Part shown: positions 20,961-33,237 of the stretch, piece after piece | How positions within the stretch are numbered: position 1 is the stretch's first letter | Layout: each line of letters starts with the position of its first letter | Source: Spirogloea muscicola | Lineage: Eukaryota | Direction: 5' to 3' | Assembly: GCA_009602725.1 (NCBI GenBank) | Contig: WELB01000015.1 | Location: 1,082,822-1,120,180 of the forward strand | Length of the DNA: 37,359 nucleotides | Translations under genes and position numbers: made by a program | The notes under the pieces: model-generated | Databases searched by the model: none | What the model was told of the DNA's origin: nothing | Seen by the model: only the letters and a program-made list of their open reading frames with translations

Positions 20961-21003
20961 TTTTGCGTCGTCACCCCCCCCGGGGGTGACGACGCTCTCT
21001 GGC

Positions 21004-21370
21004 TACTCTGTTCATTCTTTTTTGGGCCCGCTTTTCCAGCCCCTATTCGAAGAAGCGCGGCCAGATTGACTGGTGGCTGGGAAAGGCCAGCCCAAAGGAA
21101 TGGACAAGGTCTGAGGGAGCCTGAGTGCAAACGACTAGGACTAAGACATCAGCCAGGGAACGCTCAGTAACCTCTAGTCAGGAGATGCAAGTCCGAGTAG
21201 CTAGCTGGCGGAAAGACGTTGCCCTGACGGAAGCCGGAGGCCGCCGCCAAAGCTTGGCCTGCGCGCAAGTTAACCGCGAATGCAAGGGACCGCTGCATCG
21301 AGACGGCAAAACGCATACGGAAGACTTGAGCGAGGGACCCGGCGACGTTGAAGCCGGGCTGCTCGCCCGG
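21004..21370. mobile_element. Plus-strand UTR remnant (21004-21048) joined tail-to-tail to a minus-strand subfamily C 3' end (21049-21370)
   Basis: ...TTTTCCAGCCCCTATTC|GAAGAAGCGCGGCCAGATTG... The minus strand encodes GFNVAGSLAQVFRMRFAVSMQRSLAFAVNLRAGQALAAASG...LLTRGY*. Confidence 0.85.
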
Positions 21371-22190
21371 CCGAGTCTGGGGAGCTAGCCACGTCCTGCG
21401 CTGCGCTCACGGCGGCGAGCGGACGGCGGCCCACGACCGCCTCCGCGATGCCATGCATGGCATCCTGGCGGAGGCGGGCTTCTCGGTGGCTGCGGAGCAC
21501 TCCGGCGTCATGCCGCTACAGGAGAGGGCCGACGGTGTCCACGGCCGGCGAGTCGACCTGGTGGCCACCCCACAGGCCGGCGGGCCACGTCTTCTCCTGG
21601 ACGTGGTGACCACCGACGCCTTCGACCGCTCCCACCCAGTCCAGTGTGCCACCCAGGCTGGGTATGCGGTCGAAGGCGCCGCTCGCGCAAAGGTGACCAA
21701 GTACGCCGACCATCCGCCAGCCGACGCGTTCTTCCCTCTGGCTATCGACACCCATGGGGCGTTGGGTGCTCGGTGGCTCGAACTGCTCCACCAACTTGCT
21801 CGTCACGCCGTTGCCCGCCGCTTCCATGGGGAGCCGGTGGACTTCCCCGCCGCCGGGTCGTTGGCCCAGGTGTATCGCATGCGCCTGGCCGTCTCGCTGC
21901 AGAGGTCCATGGCCCGTGCGCTGCACCTGCGTGCTGGCCGAGCCCTTGCTGCTGCCTCTGGCTCTGGCCAGGGGACATACTTCCAGGAGCATAGCCTCTC
22001 CGACCTGCGCCTGCTTAGCAGGGGTTACTGAGTGGTTAGTAGCTGCTTTGTTTTTTCTTGTGTGCTTGTCATTTCTGCTGCTTCGCCTTAGGGCTTCGCC
22101 TGGCTTCCCCCCCCCTCTTCTTGTACTCTGTTCATTCTTTTTTGGGCTGGCTGTTCCAGCCCATATTCTCAATGGGCGAGCCCTTCTTCG
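21368..22190 (+). mobile_element. 5'-truncated RLE copy (subfamily B)
   Basis: ORF 21348-22031 reads HVLRCAHGGERTAAHDRLRD...RRVDLV...DVVTTD...KVTKY...SDLRLLSRGY*, followed by the hairpin UTR. It is closely similar to 19546-20318. Confidence 0.9.
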
Positions 22191-22271
22191 CCCTGCTGCC
22201 CGAGGCGGCGGGCCGCTGCACGCCGCGCCAGGCGGTGGAGCAAGTCAAGCCATTTCGAGCCAAAGGCTCCG

Positions 22272-22810
22272 TGCAGGGGTTACTGAGTGATTCGTAGCTG
22301 TTTTGTTTCTTTGTGTGCTTGTTTTCCGCTTTTTCGCGCTTCTCCTGGCCCCCTTCTCTTACTCTGTTCATTCTTTTTTGGGATGGCTTTTCCAGCCCCT
22401 ATCCTCAGTGGGCGAGCACTTTCTTCCGCCGGGGGATCTCTCGCCGCTGCGGCCCCCTGGCCATTTGAAGAAGGCTCGCCCATAAAGAAAGAGGGGCTGG
22501 CAAAGCCAGCCTAAAAAGAATGGACAATGTCCAAAGCCGAAGAATGAGAAGCCGAGGAAGGACTCCTCTACTCTACCAATCACGACAACATACTAGGGAA
22601 GCTCAGTACCCGCGAGTGAGCAACATCAGGTCCGAGTAGCTCGAGGCAGGGAAGGAGGCACTCCGCCGAGACCCGGAGGCCGCGGCCAGAGCGCGTCCTG
22701 CGCGCGTGTGGACAGCGTGGGCAAGGGATCGCTGGAACGATACCGCCATGCAAAGACCTGGGCGAGCGACCCGGCGGCGTTGAAGCCGGGCAGCGCCCCG
22801 GGCGACATTT
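22272..22810. mobile_element. Tail-to-tail pair of RLE 3' ends (22272-22425 +, 22466-22810 -)
   Basis: The + copy has GCAGGGGTTACTGAGTG and the hairpin. The - copy encodes GFNAAGSLAQVF...SYSDLMLLTRGY* plus the hairpin. Confidence 0.85.
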
Positions 22811-22972
22811 GGCCTACATTTGTTTCTAATACACGGAATTTTCCTGACCAACCTGGCCCGGAGCTTCAACCTGCGCTGCGCCAAACCCTGCCAACCCTTG
22901 CCGGCGGCTGCGGCGGCGGCGCTAGTTTCTTTCTCCACTGAGGGACTTGCGAAGAGATGGCCTCTCTCTGCC

Positions 22973-23077
22973 GGTAGGGCGCAACCCGTATGGGCGGGCT
23001 GGAGAGCCCCGGAGCGCCGAGCGCTGAGTCCCTGTACCTACTGCCTTGACCCGAGTCACCCCATGGGTTACCCCCGC
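22973..23077. repeat. Short structured repeat, copy 2
   Basis: Core shared with 14292-14370, followed by GAGTCACCCCATGGGTTACCCCCG. Confidence 0.8.
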
Positions 23078-23099
23078 TGAGGTTCCCTATATTGGCTTT

Positions 23100-24450
23100 G
23101 AACATTGTCCATTCTTTTTGGGTTGGCTTTGCCAGCCCCTCTTCTCAATGGGCGAGCACCTTCTTCCCTATACAACCTCCTACCTGAGATATCTATCTAA
23201 CCAGGGTTAGCCCTGGTCGTTTCCGCCCAACCACCCTCTAGCCGACGATACAACAACGCTCTGCGCCCGGGCATGACAACTTCTTCGCCTATTGATAATG
23301 AGGTTGCTCAATGGCTCGAGGGCTCGAGGGCTTGATGAGCTGAGAATCCAACCGTTTCACGCTTGAACTTCATTCGAATAAGGAATCTAGTTTACCAAGA
23401 ATGGGTAACATAGAAATACTCTTATGGGCGGGGGGGCCCTTGTAAGCAGTCCTCAAGTTTCCATGCGCTCTTGCCTAGTAGGACAAAGACGCACATGGTT
23501 GCCCAATAAGCTCCAGTCAGCAGCCGCAAGTTAGAGTAGCCGCAGCTTGAAAGGCAGTCTCTTCTAGTAGAAAGACCGTGTAGAGAAAGAGACGTAGGCC
23601 AAATGGCCAGGTACAATGGCAATCACATCTAAAGATCTACATAACCTACAGCAGATTGACCCGCTCAATAACCACGGGTCAAAACATAAAGGTCACTACT
23701 CGATGCATGAATACTAGATGCCAGGAACGGAGCCCTTCTGCCACTTCTAGTAGAGGGCGATGGCTGTTATCGGCCAGCCCAGAAAACCGAGTGAGTTCTG
23801 AAGGGGCCAGAAAAGCGTTAAAAAGAAGTGGCTCTCCTAATGGTTCTGCTGGCTTCTGCTGGCAGAGAGGCCACCACCAAAAGCCTTGCAAGGCCTTGAA
23901 AGCAAAGACCAGGTAGCCTGCGCTCATGTGGCAAGGGCTGTGATAAGCCAGCCCGAACAAACGATTGACAAGGTTCAAAGGGGCCAAACTACGAAGGGGC
24001 CAAAAGCGCCATCTCAGAGCTGGGGTAGGATGAACCACTCAATAAATAAGAGTGAGGAGCCGCAAATCCGTAAGGCTAGCTGCCGGGAAACAATACCCAC
24101 TGACGAAAGCCAGAGGCTGCAGCAAGAGCACGGCCAGCAGCGTTAGAGCACACAGCGACTCAAGTGGTCACAGCGACTGGATGCTCAATAACCCCTGGTG
24201 AGCAGCCATAGGTCAGAGAAGCTAGTCTCCGGGTTGTAGAGTTCAGGGTTAGGAAACCGTCAGCAGAGCGAACAAGTCAGAAAGATATGGCAGGAGATCG
24301 AAGTAATCACGGAATAGAAGGCGCTTCCAGCAAAAAGTGCCATCCTGGAGAGGGCACTTTTTCACAGCTATTGCCCATTTGGAGAGGGCTGTGGCTGTGG
24401 GCCAGCCCAGAAAGTAGAAAGCGGCTGTGGGCCAGCCCAAAAAGTAGAAT
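23100..24450. mobile_element. Scattered older RLE 3'-end remnants (23100-23167 +; about 23500-23550, 23770-23825, 23935-24145, 24185-24230 and 24370-24450 -)
   Basis: Recurrent GGGCTGGC..CAGCC hairpin and 'LRLL[ST]..Y*' codons with increasing divergence. Confidence 0.65.
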
Positions 24451-24529
24451 GAACGTAAAAGATGGCCGCCCACTAACTGCGACAGCCGCCACTTGTCAGA
24501 CAGAAAGGCCCATTAGTAGAGGGTTATAT

Positions 24530-25200
24530 CTGTGATTGGCCAGCCCCTCCTGTCAGAGGGGCCAATGAGCTACCTCCGGCCGCCGCGGCCGATGGGGATA
24601 TACGTCCTGTCCGTGCAGATACACTGTCTGACTTATCCGAGCCCCGAGCAAATCTCCCCCCGCCAGCCAAGCCAGGGGGAAGAATGGCACCATTTGGCTT
24701 AAATTCAAAATACTGTACTCCGCAAGTTGAGCGGCGTCCTGCGCAAGCTGCCCTGACGCGGGTCGCGTCAGCCACACGGCCGTCAGCCGCGTCAGCCGTC
24801 CGTTGCCCGGCGGCGGCCGGCCGTCCATGGGCCGCCGGCGGAGTACGTGCCCACGTGGCGCCGCTGGCCGCCACAGGAGCTCCGGGGCGTCAGCGCTGAC
24901 TCTGGGCGCAAAAGGCGGGCCTGGCCGGCAGATTCAAATGGACGCGCCGCGGCCGCCGCCCAGCCCGTAGTGGGAACCGGCCCCCGACCGGGCTGAAGGG
25001 GGCCCGGGCGCACGTGCAGGGCGAGTGGCCGTACGGAGACCCACTATTTGAGGCTAGACGACAGGCTGGGCCCCACGCGGGCCCCGCACGAGCGCCACGC
25101 GTCACGACACTTTTGTCCCGCCGTCCCCCGGCGGCGGCCGCCTCTCATTGGGCCCGCGCCCGCACGTGCGCAGCGAGGTCCACGTGCGGAGGCGGTTCAA
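24530..25200. promoter_or_regulatory. GC-rich promoter-like island
   Basis: Four CACGTG G-boxes (24852, 25011, 25163, 25181), several TGGGCC site-II-like motifs and CCAAT/ATTGG boxes, lying between the transposon nest and a GC-rich coding-like region. Confidence 0.45.
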
Positions 25201-25256
25201 TCTAGGGGCCCTGACAGCCCGCCACGCGGCAGCCGCCCACGGGCTGCTTACCGGCT

Positions 25257-25523
25257 ATGGAGGTATGGGGGGGTCCTTCCCGGGCGGCTATGGAGGAGCT
25301 GGCGCCCGGCTGGCTGCCACTGACCCCCCCCCCGGGCTCCCACCGCCATGGCCTATGGCGGCGGCGGCGGCGGCCGCGGCGGGGCCTGATGGCGGCCGCC
25401 ACGGGCCTGCCCGCCCGCGGGACGGCCGCCACCGTCAACCCCCGCCATTCGTCTCCCGACCCATCCCCCGCCGCTGCCGCCGCCGTCTTCCGCGAGGCTC
25501 CCCCCCGCCGCTCTGCCACTGCC

Positions 25524-25621
<98 letters not shown>

Positions 25622-27486
25622 NNNNNNNNNNNNNNNNNNNNNNNNNNNNNNNNNNNNNNNNNNNNNNNNNNNNNNNNNNNNNNNNNNNNNNNNNNNNNNN
25701 NNNNNNNNNNNNNNNNNNNNNNNNNNNNNNNNNNNNNNNNNNNNNNNNNNNNNNNNNNNNNNNNNNNNNNNNNNNNNNNNNNNNNNNNNNNNNNNNNNNN
25801 NNNNNNNNNNNNNNNNNNNNNNNNNNNNNNNNNNNNNNNNNNNNNNNNNNNNNNNNNNNNNNNNNNNNNNNNNNNNNNNNNNNNNNNNNNNNNNNNNNNN
25901 NNNNNNNNNNNNNNNNNNNNNNNNNNNNNNNNNNNNNNNNNNNNNNNNNNNNNNNNNNNNNNNNNNNNNNNNNNNNNNNNNNNNNNNNNNNNNNNNNNNN
26001 NNNNNNNNNNNNNNNNNNNNNNNNNNNNNNNNNNNNNNNNNNNNNNNNNNNNNNNNNNNNNNNNNNNNNNNNNNNNNNNNNNNNNNNNNNNNNNNNNNNN
26101 NNNNNNNNNNNNNNNNNNNNNNNNNNNNNNNNNNNNNNNNNNNNNNNNNNNNNNNNNNNNNNNNNNNNNNNNNNNNNNNNNNNNNNNNNNNNNNNNNNNN
26201 NNNNNNNNNNNNNNNNNNNNNNNNNGGAAGCGGCCGACGGCCGCCGCCGCCGCCGCCGGGAAGCGCCCGACGGCCGCCGCCCCCAAGGGCTCTGCCGCCA
26301 TGAAGGGCCTCAAGGTGCGGAAGCCGCCGCTGCCTCCCGCTGCCGCCGCCGCCTTGGAGGCCGCTCTGCCGCGTACATGGCGCAGCGGGCCCAAGGCAAG
26401 GGCCCGCTGTGCTGTTCTTGATTGAAGGGATCAAAAGGAATCACTGCCCAGGCTACTAAACTCACAGGTTCACATCCTGTAGAGTGCGTGATTGGAGGGG
26501 GACAGCAATCGTTAGCTCCACTCGAGCTCAGCGGTCTCTAGATGGACCACGAGAATGGCTACTGCCAGGGCCCTCCGCACCACTGGCTGCTGGCGCTATC
26601 TCAGCCGCTATCATGCCTTTTCTTTCCTCTTTTTCAGACAGGCTTAGATCCATTTGATAGTTTCACGAAACAAAGGAGACGGGTATAAGACTACCGCTGT
26701 CGCTCTGGTCCTGGCTCTGGCGCTGGAGCTGGCGCAAGCCTCTGCGCTGAGCTGACGCTGACGCTGACGCTGACTTTGCAAGCTCTGCCAGGGCTCGTCA
26801 ACGGCGGGCGGCCTTGTGGGCACCCCGGGCGGCCCCCTCCAGGATGGGTGGGGGCGGGCTATTCTAGATGTCCTGCCGGCGTCAAGCTCGACGCCCGAGG
26901 CACGGCGGGCTGCGGCAGTGCAGTCGGACTCAGATTCGGCCAGCAACGGGAGGCGGGGCGGCCGGTGCAAGGCGCGGTATGACGAGGAGCACGTGCACCT
27001 GAAGCTCGCCGAGATTGAGCAGAAGCTCGAGCAGGTCTGCCCGCCGCCTCTTGCCGCAGCTGTGGAATGCTGCAAGATGTTGAGAATCGTATTGGGTCTG
27101 CTGAAGACATCTTCACGGAGATTACATATCACCGCGCCTCTTCATTACTCAGCAACATGCTCTTGACAAGAATTTGTTGATGTCTACTATTTGAGTGCTC
27201 CAGATCTCCGTTTATCCTCTGTGGCTAATGTACAGCGGTAAAGTGTGAGAAAGATGCATTGCCACGAGAGTGCCGGGTGCTTCAACATTGGGGGCACATT
27301 GTCTGCTCTGACGAACTGCAGTCCCGCCATGGTCTGCAGCTGCGGCGGAAGAAGGAGAAGTACAAGCGGCGGCTGGACGAGATCCAGGCGCGCAAGGAGC
27401 AAGTTGCTGGGCCCATCAAGTGGGAGAGTCCTGGGTCAGTCGCGGCCGTTGCCTCAGCCGCAGCGACCGCCAGCCCACATGCATGA
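25257..27486 (+). CDS. Tentative multi-exon gene of unknown function with a C-terminal coiled coil (exons ...-26395, 26638-26682, 26792-27034, 27340-27486; 5' part uncertain because of the gap)
   Basis: Phase-0 splicing joins ...PRTWRSGPK|TGLDPFDSFTKQRRR|GSSTAGG...HLKLAEIEQKLEQ|LRRKKEKYKRRLDEIQARKEQ...HA*. The first of these donors would be GC (AAG|GCAAG). No recognisable family. Confidence 0.45.
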
Positions 27487-29231
27487 GCTATTGCCGCCAC
27501 GGCCTCCAATGCAGTCGCAAATCCGAGTTCGCCGCCAGGCCGGATCCACCGTGCAGCATGCCTTGCGGCATCGCTGGTTCCTGCGGAACAACTGGGCGCT
27601 GTCCGGCCAAAGAGAGTCCCACAACATGGGAGGGAGCCTCTGCAGCAGTCCTATCTGCATGCCATCGTGGATCTTCCACTTTTGCCGCAGTAGATACCAG
27701 GTGCTTGCCTGTATGGAGCGCACTGCCCCAGCCTCCGCCGCTTCCCCTCAGGTGGTGGGCAGTGCGCCCATCCAGCCTTGCGCCTCCTATCTGCCTGCTG
27801 AGCAATTGCCTGGAAACCTCGCTCTCACTACCCCCTTCCCATGGACCCTCTTTCCCCTCCCTCTTCAGCTTCTCGCATTGCTGCTCCAGGTCATCTTGGT
27901 GAATTGGGTCACAAAGCCTTTGTCCAAGACCACTGTAGCTGCCGGCCTTGGCAATGTGCAACCTGATGCGCCCGACAACAATGGATGCGTGAGCTTTTAG
28001 CCATCTCTGAGCTACATTGCATTTGGTATCCGCCTGCTTAATCTAAAGTCATGAGTGCTTCAGAGAGGCATCTATGTGCTCGAGTGTGGCTCATCTGCGC
28101 AAATTTCATCTGCCAGTACTTCTGGGCGGGAAAAGAAGCCAACCCTTTTCCTGCGCAGTAATGTGATGGATGCTCAACCACAGACCATTTGCTTCATTGT
28201 GCGACTCCCTAGTGCAGCAAGACAAGCTCGCTGTGAAGCTAGGCGTGCTTGGCAGAGTGGTGGGCTCGCTGTGTGCATGCCTTAAGTGAATGTTGCAGAC
28301 GAGCGTAACAGCTGGAGAGTCTTCAAGCGCTCCTTAAAGGTGGGACACATTTCATTTGATTCATGTAATCCTTATTTCCTGGTAATCATACAAGCCACTA
28401 TGCTCTGTGGTGCTGCATATACAGGCCACGATGTCACAAGTTTGCCTTAAGTAACACAGTTGCCCACCTCTTATGGACTTCCACTGGGATAGCCATTTGC
28501 ACGTCCTTCCGACATGTGGCCTGCTTGTCCTCACAATTATGAGCAATGAGATACAGCAGAAGGTACTTACTCTTGCAAGCTCTTCGTCAAGTCTCCGAAG
28601 GGCTGTTCTGTCACAAGCGTCTTTGCTGAGACGAACTAAAGGAAGCACGCAAGACAGGAGATATGAAAACAGTGAGATGCCCAAGCCTTTCCAAGGGGAC
28701 TGAGGTTGGCAATTGTTCGGCTGGACTTGGGAGGACTAGTGATGAGAGAAGTATTTTCAGAGGGGGGGCAACGGCTGTGCAGTGCCAGCCCAAAGACGAT
28801 GGACAGGTCTCATAGCACGCAAGAGACGTGGTGTGAATGAGACAAAATTGAGGCCAAGCCGAGCCAGTACATTGATCATACTGAAATTGGAAGGAACAAA
28901 TCGGAGGAACCAATACTGGGACTATATAGCGGAAGCCTGTAAATCAGAAGCCTGGCAAGACTGACGAGGGCTCTAGCACCCAGGATTTGACACGTATAAG
29001 CAAGGAGCAGCTCTTTAGAACGGGGCGAGGGCTGTCAAAAGCGTACAAAGAAGTCAGCAGAAGTAAACGAAGGAGATATAGCGAGTGACTACAGCAGTTT
29101 ACGCTACGTGACCCCCTATTCAATGGCACTCGTGCAAACGGCGGGGAGGAATAACGGCGGGAAGGGGCCTGGTAACTGAAGTGGCCGTCGCTCTAGGGCC
29201 TACTTGAGAATCCTAACCCCAACCCTAAACC

Positions 29232-32200
29232 ATGGCCGCGGCCATGGCCGTCGCCGCAGCCCGCGGCGACGGCGGCGGCGGCGGCGGAGGCACGGCGTGC
29301 GGGCCCCCGCNNNNNNNNNNNNNNNNNNNNNNNNNNNNNNNNNNNNNNNNNNNNNNNNNNNNNNNNNNNNNNNNNNNNNNNNNNNNNNNNNNNNNNNNNN
29401 NNNNNNNNNNNNNNNNNNNNNNNNNNNNNNNNNNNNNNNNNNNNNNNNNNNNNNNNNNNNNNNNNNNNNNNNNNNNNNNNNNNNNNNNNNNNNNNNNNNN
29501 NNNNNNNNNNNNNNNNNNNNNNNNNNNNNNNNNNNNNNNNNNNNNNNNNGCGGCCGGCGCGGGTGTCCAACCCGTTCCTGGAGGCGGCGCGGGGGCGCGC
29601 GCGGCTGGACGACGCGCTGGCGGCGGTCTTCCGCTCCGAGCTCGCGCGGCGCGTTGCCGCCACTGCCGCGCTGCTCCTCGCCTCCCGCGTCGGCCACCAC
29701 GCCCCGCTCCCGGGCTTCCGCCGCGCCGCGCTCCCCGCCGCCATTGACCTCCTCGGCACAGGTTGGCAGTCGAGTCGCCGAGACGGCCCAGGGTCCAGAA
29801 TTTTCGCAAGGCTCCTGGTCGCTGAATGTAGGTCAAGGGTTCGATTCGTACATGTACCCAGGATCGAGCATTAGGGCTCAGGGCGTAAAGCTGTGAGTCA
29901 GGGCTTTAGGGTTTATGTTGCTGTGTGTATTGGGGTTTGATTGCGCTCTGGGCCCAGGATGCAGCATCAGGGCTCAGGGCGTGAAGCCATGAGTAAGGGG
30001 CTTTAGCGTATATGGCATATGTATTGGGTTTTGATTGATTGCGTTTATGGCCCAGGATCGAGCATTAGGGCTCAGGGCGTTAATCCTTGAGTCAGGGGTT
30101 TAGGACTTATGTCACTGTGAATTGGGGTTTGCTTGCAGTTTGGGCCCAGGATCGAGCTTACAGGGCTCAGGTTGTTAAGCCGTGAGTCAGGGCTTTAGCA
30201 ATGGGGTTTGATTGCAGTTTGGGCCCAGGATCAAGCATATAGGGCTCACGGCGGTAAGCCATGGGTCAGGGTTTTAGGTTTCTCGTCACTGTGTTTTGAG
30301 ATGAGGAGCCTGCCATCCGACTGTAGTGCAGCGCCGCTGCAAAGAGAACTTGTCAATATATGTACAGATAATAGCATATTACATTTAGAAATTTTCCGCA
30401 GAACTGCTGCTTCAGTGAGTTGATTGCTGTTTGTTAGGGTCACCAAGACCGGCCTTGACAAGCAAATGGCTTACTCTGCCCCATATAAACATTTCTCGAT
30501 GCCTCTCCACGAAGGCGGTCGGGCTGCTGCCATCAACAATTAGGCAGGGTTTGCAGGTCCCGGCAATGGGAAGGATTCACAGGCTTCCATGCTGTCTGTA
30601 CAGTGTCATGCAGACGATGCCAGTCACTAGCTAGTGGCAGCTTTGAGAGTGCGTGTGCCGCGGCAATGTTTTCCAGGCTTAGGGCAGGACGCTGGATGCC
30701 GCCTGAGCCTGTTCGAGCTTGGCATTGGGCCGTCCATCTGGGCATCCATCGTTATGAAGGTTAGACAAGAAGATGGGTTGCTCCGGAGGCCCCATAACAG
30801 CGGCTGTCCTGAAGAAGCGGCATGCCTAGCTATGGCGGCAATGAAGGCCTGAGGCATCCATTTCTCAAACACTTATTTGAAGCATTGACCGATTCAAGTA
30901 CTTAACATCGGTGGTCATATGTAGAAGCTGACACGAGCGTGCCGGGGTCTTGTGGAAACAGGCGGCAAGCACGGTGCTTCCCGAGCTCAAGGCGATGCAG
31001 AAGAAGGGCCTTGAGGGCCAGGCGCAGCTCAAGCGCCTCACGTGAGCACCTAGCCACGCTGCTCAACGATTTTTATCTCGACATTAGCTGCAGCCTCTTG
31101 ACCGTTTGTGCTCATAAACCTCTGGGATGCTAAGGATCTTGGCTAGAGTTTGAAAGGGTTTTCTTGCTTCAGCTTAGGCACCCTATCATGGCTGTCCTTA
31201 ACAACCAACCGTGTGATCGCTGTCAAACGTGTGAAGTCAGCGGGCTCGCCATGTTAGGTTCGCTCAGTGTAATCACAGATGCCAATCATGCCATCCTCGG
31301 CAGCAACATCAGCCTGTTGTACTTATAGTGGGGACTTGGGGACTAGAGCTCAGATTGTGGACACAAGCCTTGGGTTTCAGATCTTGGCAGTACAAACTAC
31401 TGCTACACCCAATTTGGAAGTTGGAATTATTGTAAGGGGCGAGATTCTCAGGGTGAATGAACTTCACTGGACCCTACATTGAGCACATCTATTAGCCCTG
31501 CTTCATGCCGCGGGGGTCCAGGTGGCGGGTTGCGCTCTTTGTGGCGGTCGTGGAAAGCGCGTGGCTTGCCTTCTCCAACCGACAATATGCAGTGCATGCA
31601 GCTACCAGCAGGTGAGGTGAGCTTGGGTGTCAAGGGCTGCCGTGCTGTCTGAGCTTCTGTTCTGAGTTCTGAGTTTGTGCTTTCTGAAATGTCCTCGGCA
31701 AGTCTTAAGGCAAGATATTAATGCAGGGTTCAATAGATGACCAAAAGGCCCTGTTAGAGCTGCAGGTGGCGGTACTTTGGGGTCACGATGTCGCTTGCGA
31801 CGCTGGGCGCCATGGTGCTGAACTGGATCAGCGAGCGCATGACGGAGGATGGCTTTGGTGGGTGCTCTCACCTCCCTGCGCTCCCATGTCTCATTGTGAT
31901 TATTGGTAGATCATACTGTTAGGCTTGCTTTGAGAGCACTTTGCTTTCCTTCGGAATGAATGAAGCAATGTCTGATGCTCAATCAGCATCTCTCTGTCTT
32001 GATGAAGATAAGGGCACACTGTACACAGGTCAGGGCTAGGGTTGAGGATTTGAAGTATCCAGCTTGGGCTACTGCAGGCAAGCGGCTGGCAGGCACAAGA
32101 TTAGAAGGAGTCACTTTTGTTGGAAGTAATATCACATGGAATCTCCTTAATATTACCATGGACATTGCATTTTTTTTGGATGTTTAGGAGAGGGCACCAG

Positions 32201-33140
32201 CATCCTGATCTGCGTCGACATCCTCCTTGGCTACATGCAGTCCCTCCGCATCCTGCTCGCCAACTTCCAGAGTGCGTGCTCGGCACCATGTTTGAAATAT
32301 TTCTGACTTCAGTCCTTCGAGTGCATCATGTCTCAAGAAGCGCGGGATGCGGCGGAATTCCCCCATCCCGCTTAGCAATCCTAAGATTGATCAGTTTCCT
32401 GCCGTGTACTTGTGCTCACTACTCCAATCATTTGGAATTTGGTCCATATTTATTCTTATCCATTTTAACTGATATATTTGTCTATGACATCTCTATCTTT
32501 TGGCTTCTTGCACTACTAATGTGCTTGTCCACCAAGCCATGTCATCCTCAATACTCCAGCCTTTCAGTACACAAGTTGATAGTCAGCTGCTTCTCTTTCG
32601 GAGGCCTCACTCTGCCCATTGCTTGCTGGTCCAGCTGCTGGAGCCGCAGCCGCCGCACGGAGCGCCGGCCTCGCGGGCTGGGTCGCCGTGATGACCGTCG
32701 GCGCCGCCTACCTAACGCTTGGCGTGCGCCGAGTGCCGCTGCAGTACTACGAGTTCGAGCTCGCCGCCCCTGGCAGGTACCCACTTTGCTCATGCCCCCA
32801 TGCGTTATGCACCATTCACACGCTACTCGCACAATCCCTCCCTCCCTCCCTCCCTCCCTCCCCCCCTCCCTCCCTAGATTAGGAAGCGGTAATGGTACTT
32901 GGCCCTTCTCTTTCAGGCATGCGGCGCCGCTCGCCGAGTTCTGNNNNNNNNNNNNNNNNNNNNNNNNNNNNNNNNNNNNNNNNNNNNNNNNNNNNNNNNN
33001 NNNNNNNNNNNNNNNNNNNNNNNNNNNNNNNNNNNNNNNNNNNNNNNNNNNNNNNNNNNNNNNNNNNNNNNNNNNNNNNNNNNNNNNNNNNNNNNNNNNN
33101 NNNNNNNNNNNNNNNNNNNNNNNNNNNNNNNNNNNNNNNN

Positions 33141-33237
<97 letters not shown>

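Noticed and set aside
19546..22810. CRISPR-like repeat-spacer array
   Set aside because: The repeats are retrotransposon 3' ends of variable length and orientation, there are no cas genes, and the context is eukaryotic.
25525..25621. Long poly-T runs (also 37238-37359) and the resulting poly-F/poly-K ORFs
   Set aside because: They abut N gaps or the window end next to extremely GC-rich sequence. They are more likely sequencing or assembly artefacts than retroposon tails.
28283..28890. Possible small minus-strand gene (RLSKDACDRTALRRLDEELAR|ERLKTLQLLRSSATFT*) divergent from SCY2
   Set aside because: Splice sites are plausible, but I could not link a start exon in frame and recognised no family.
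32917..32943. Possible extra SCY2 exon running into the gap
   Set aside because: Exons 32635-32776 and 33455-33568 already join in phase, and the gap prevents evaluation.
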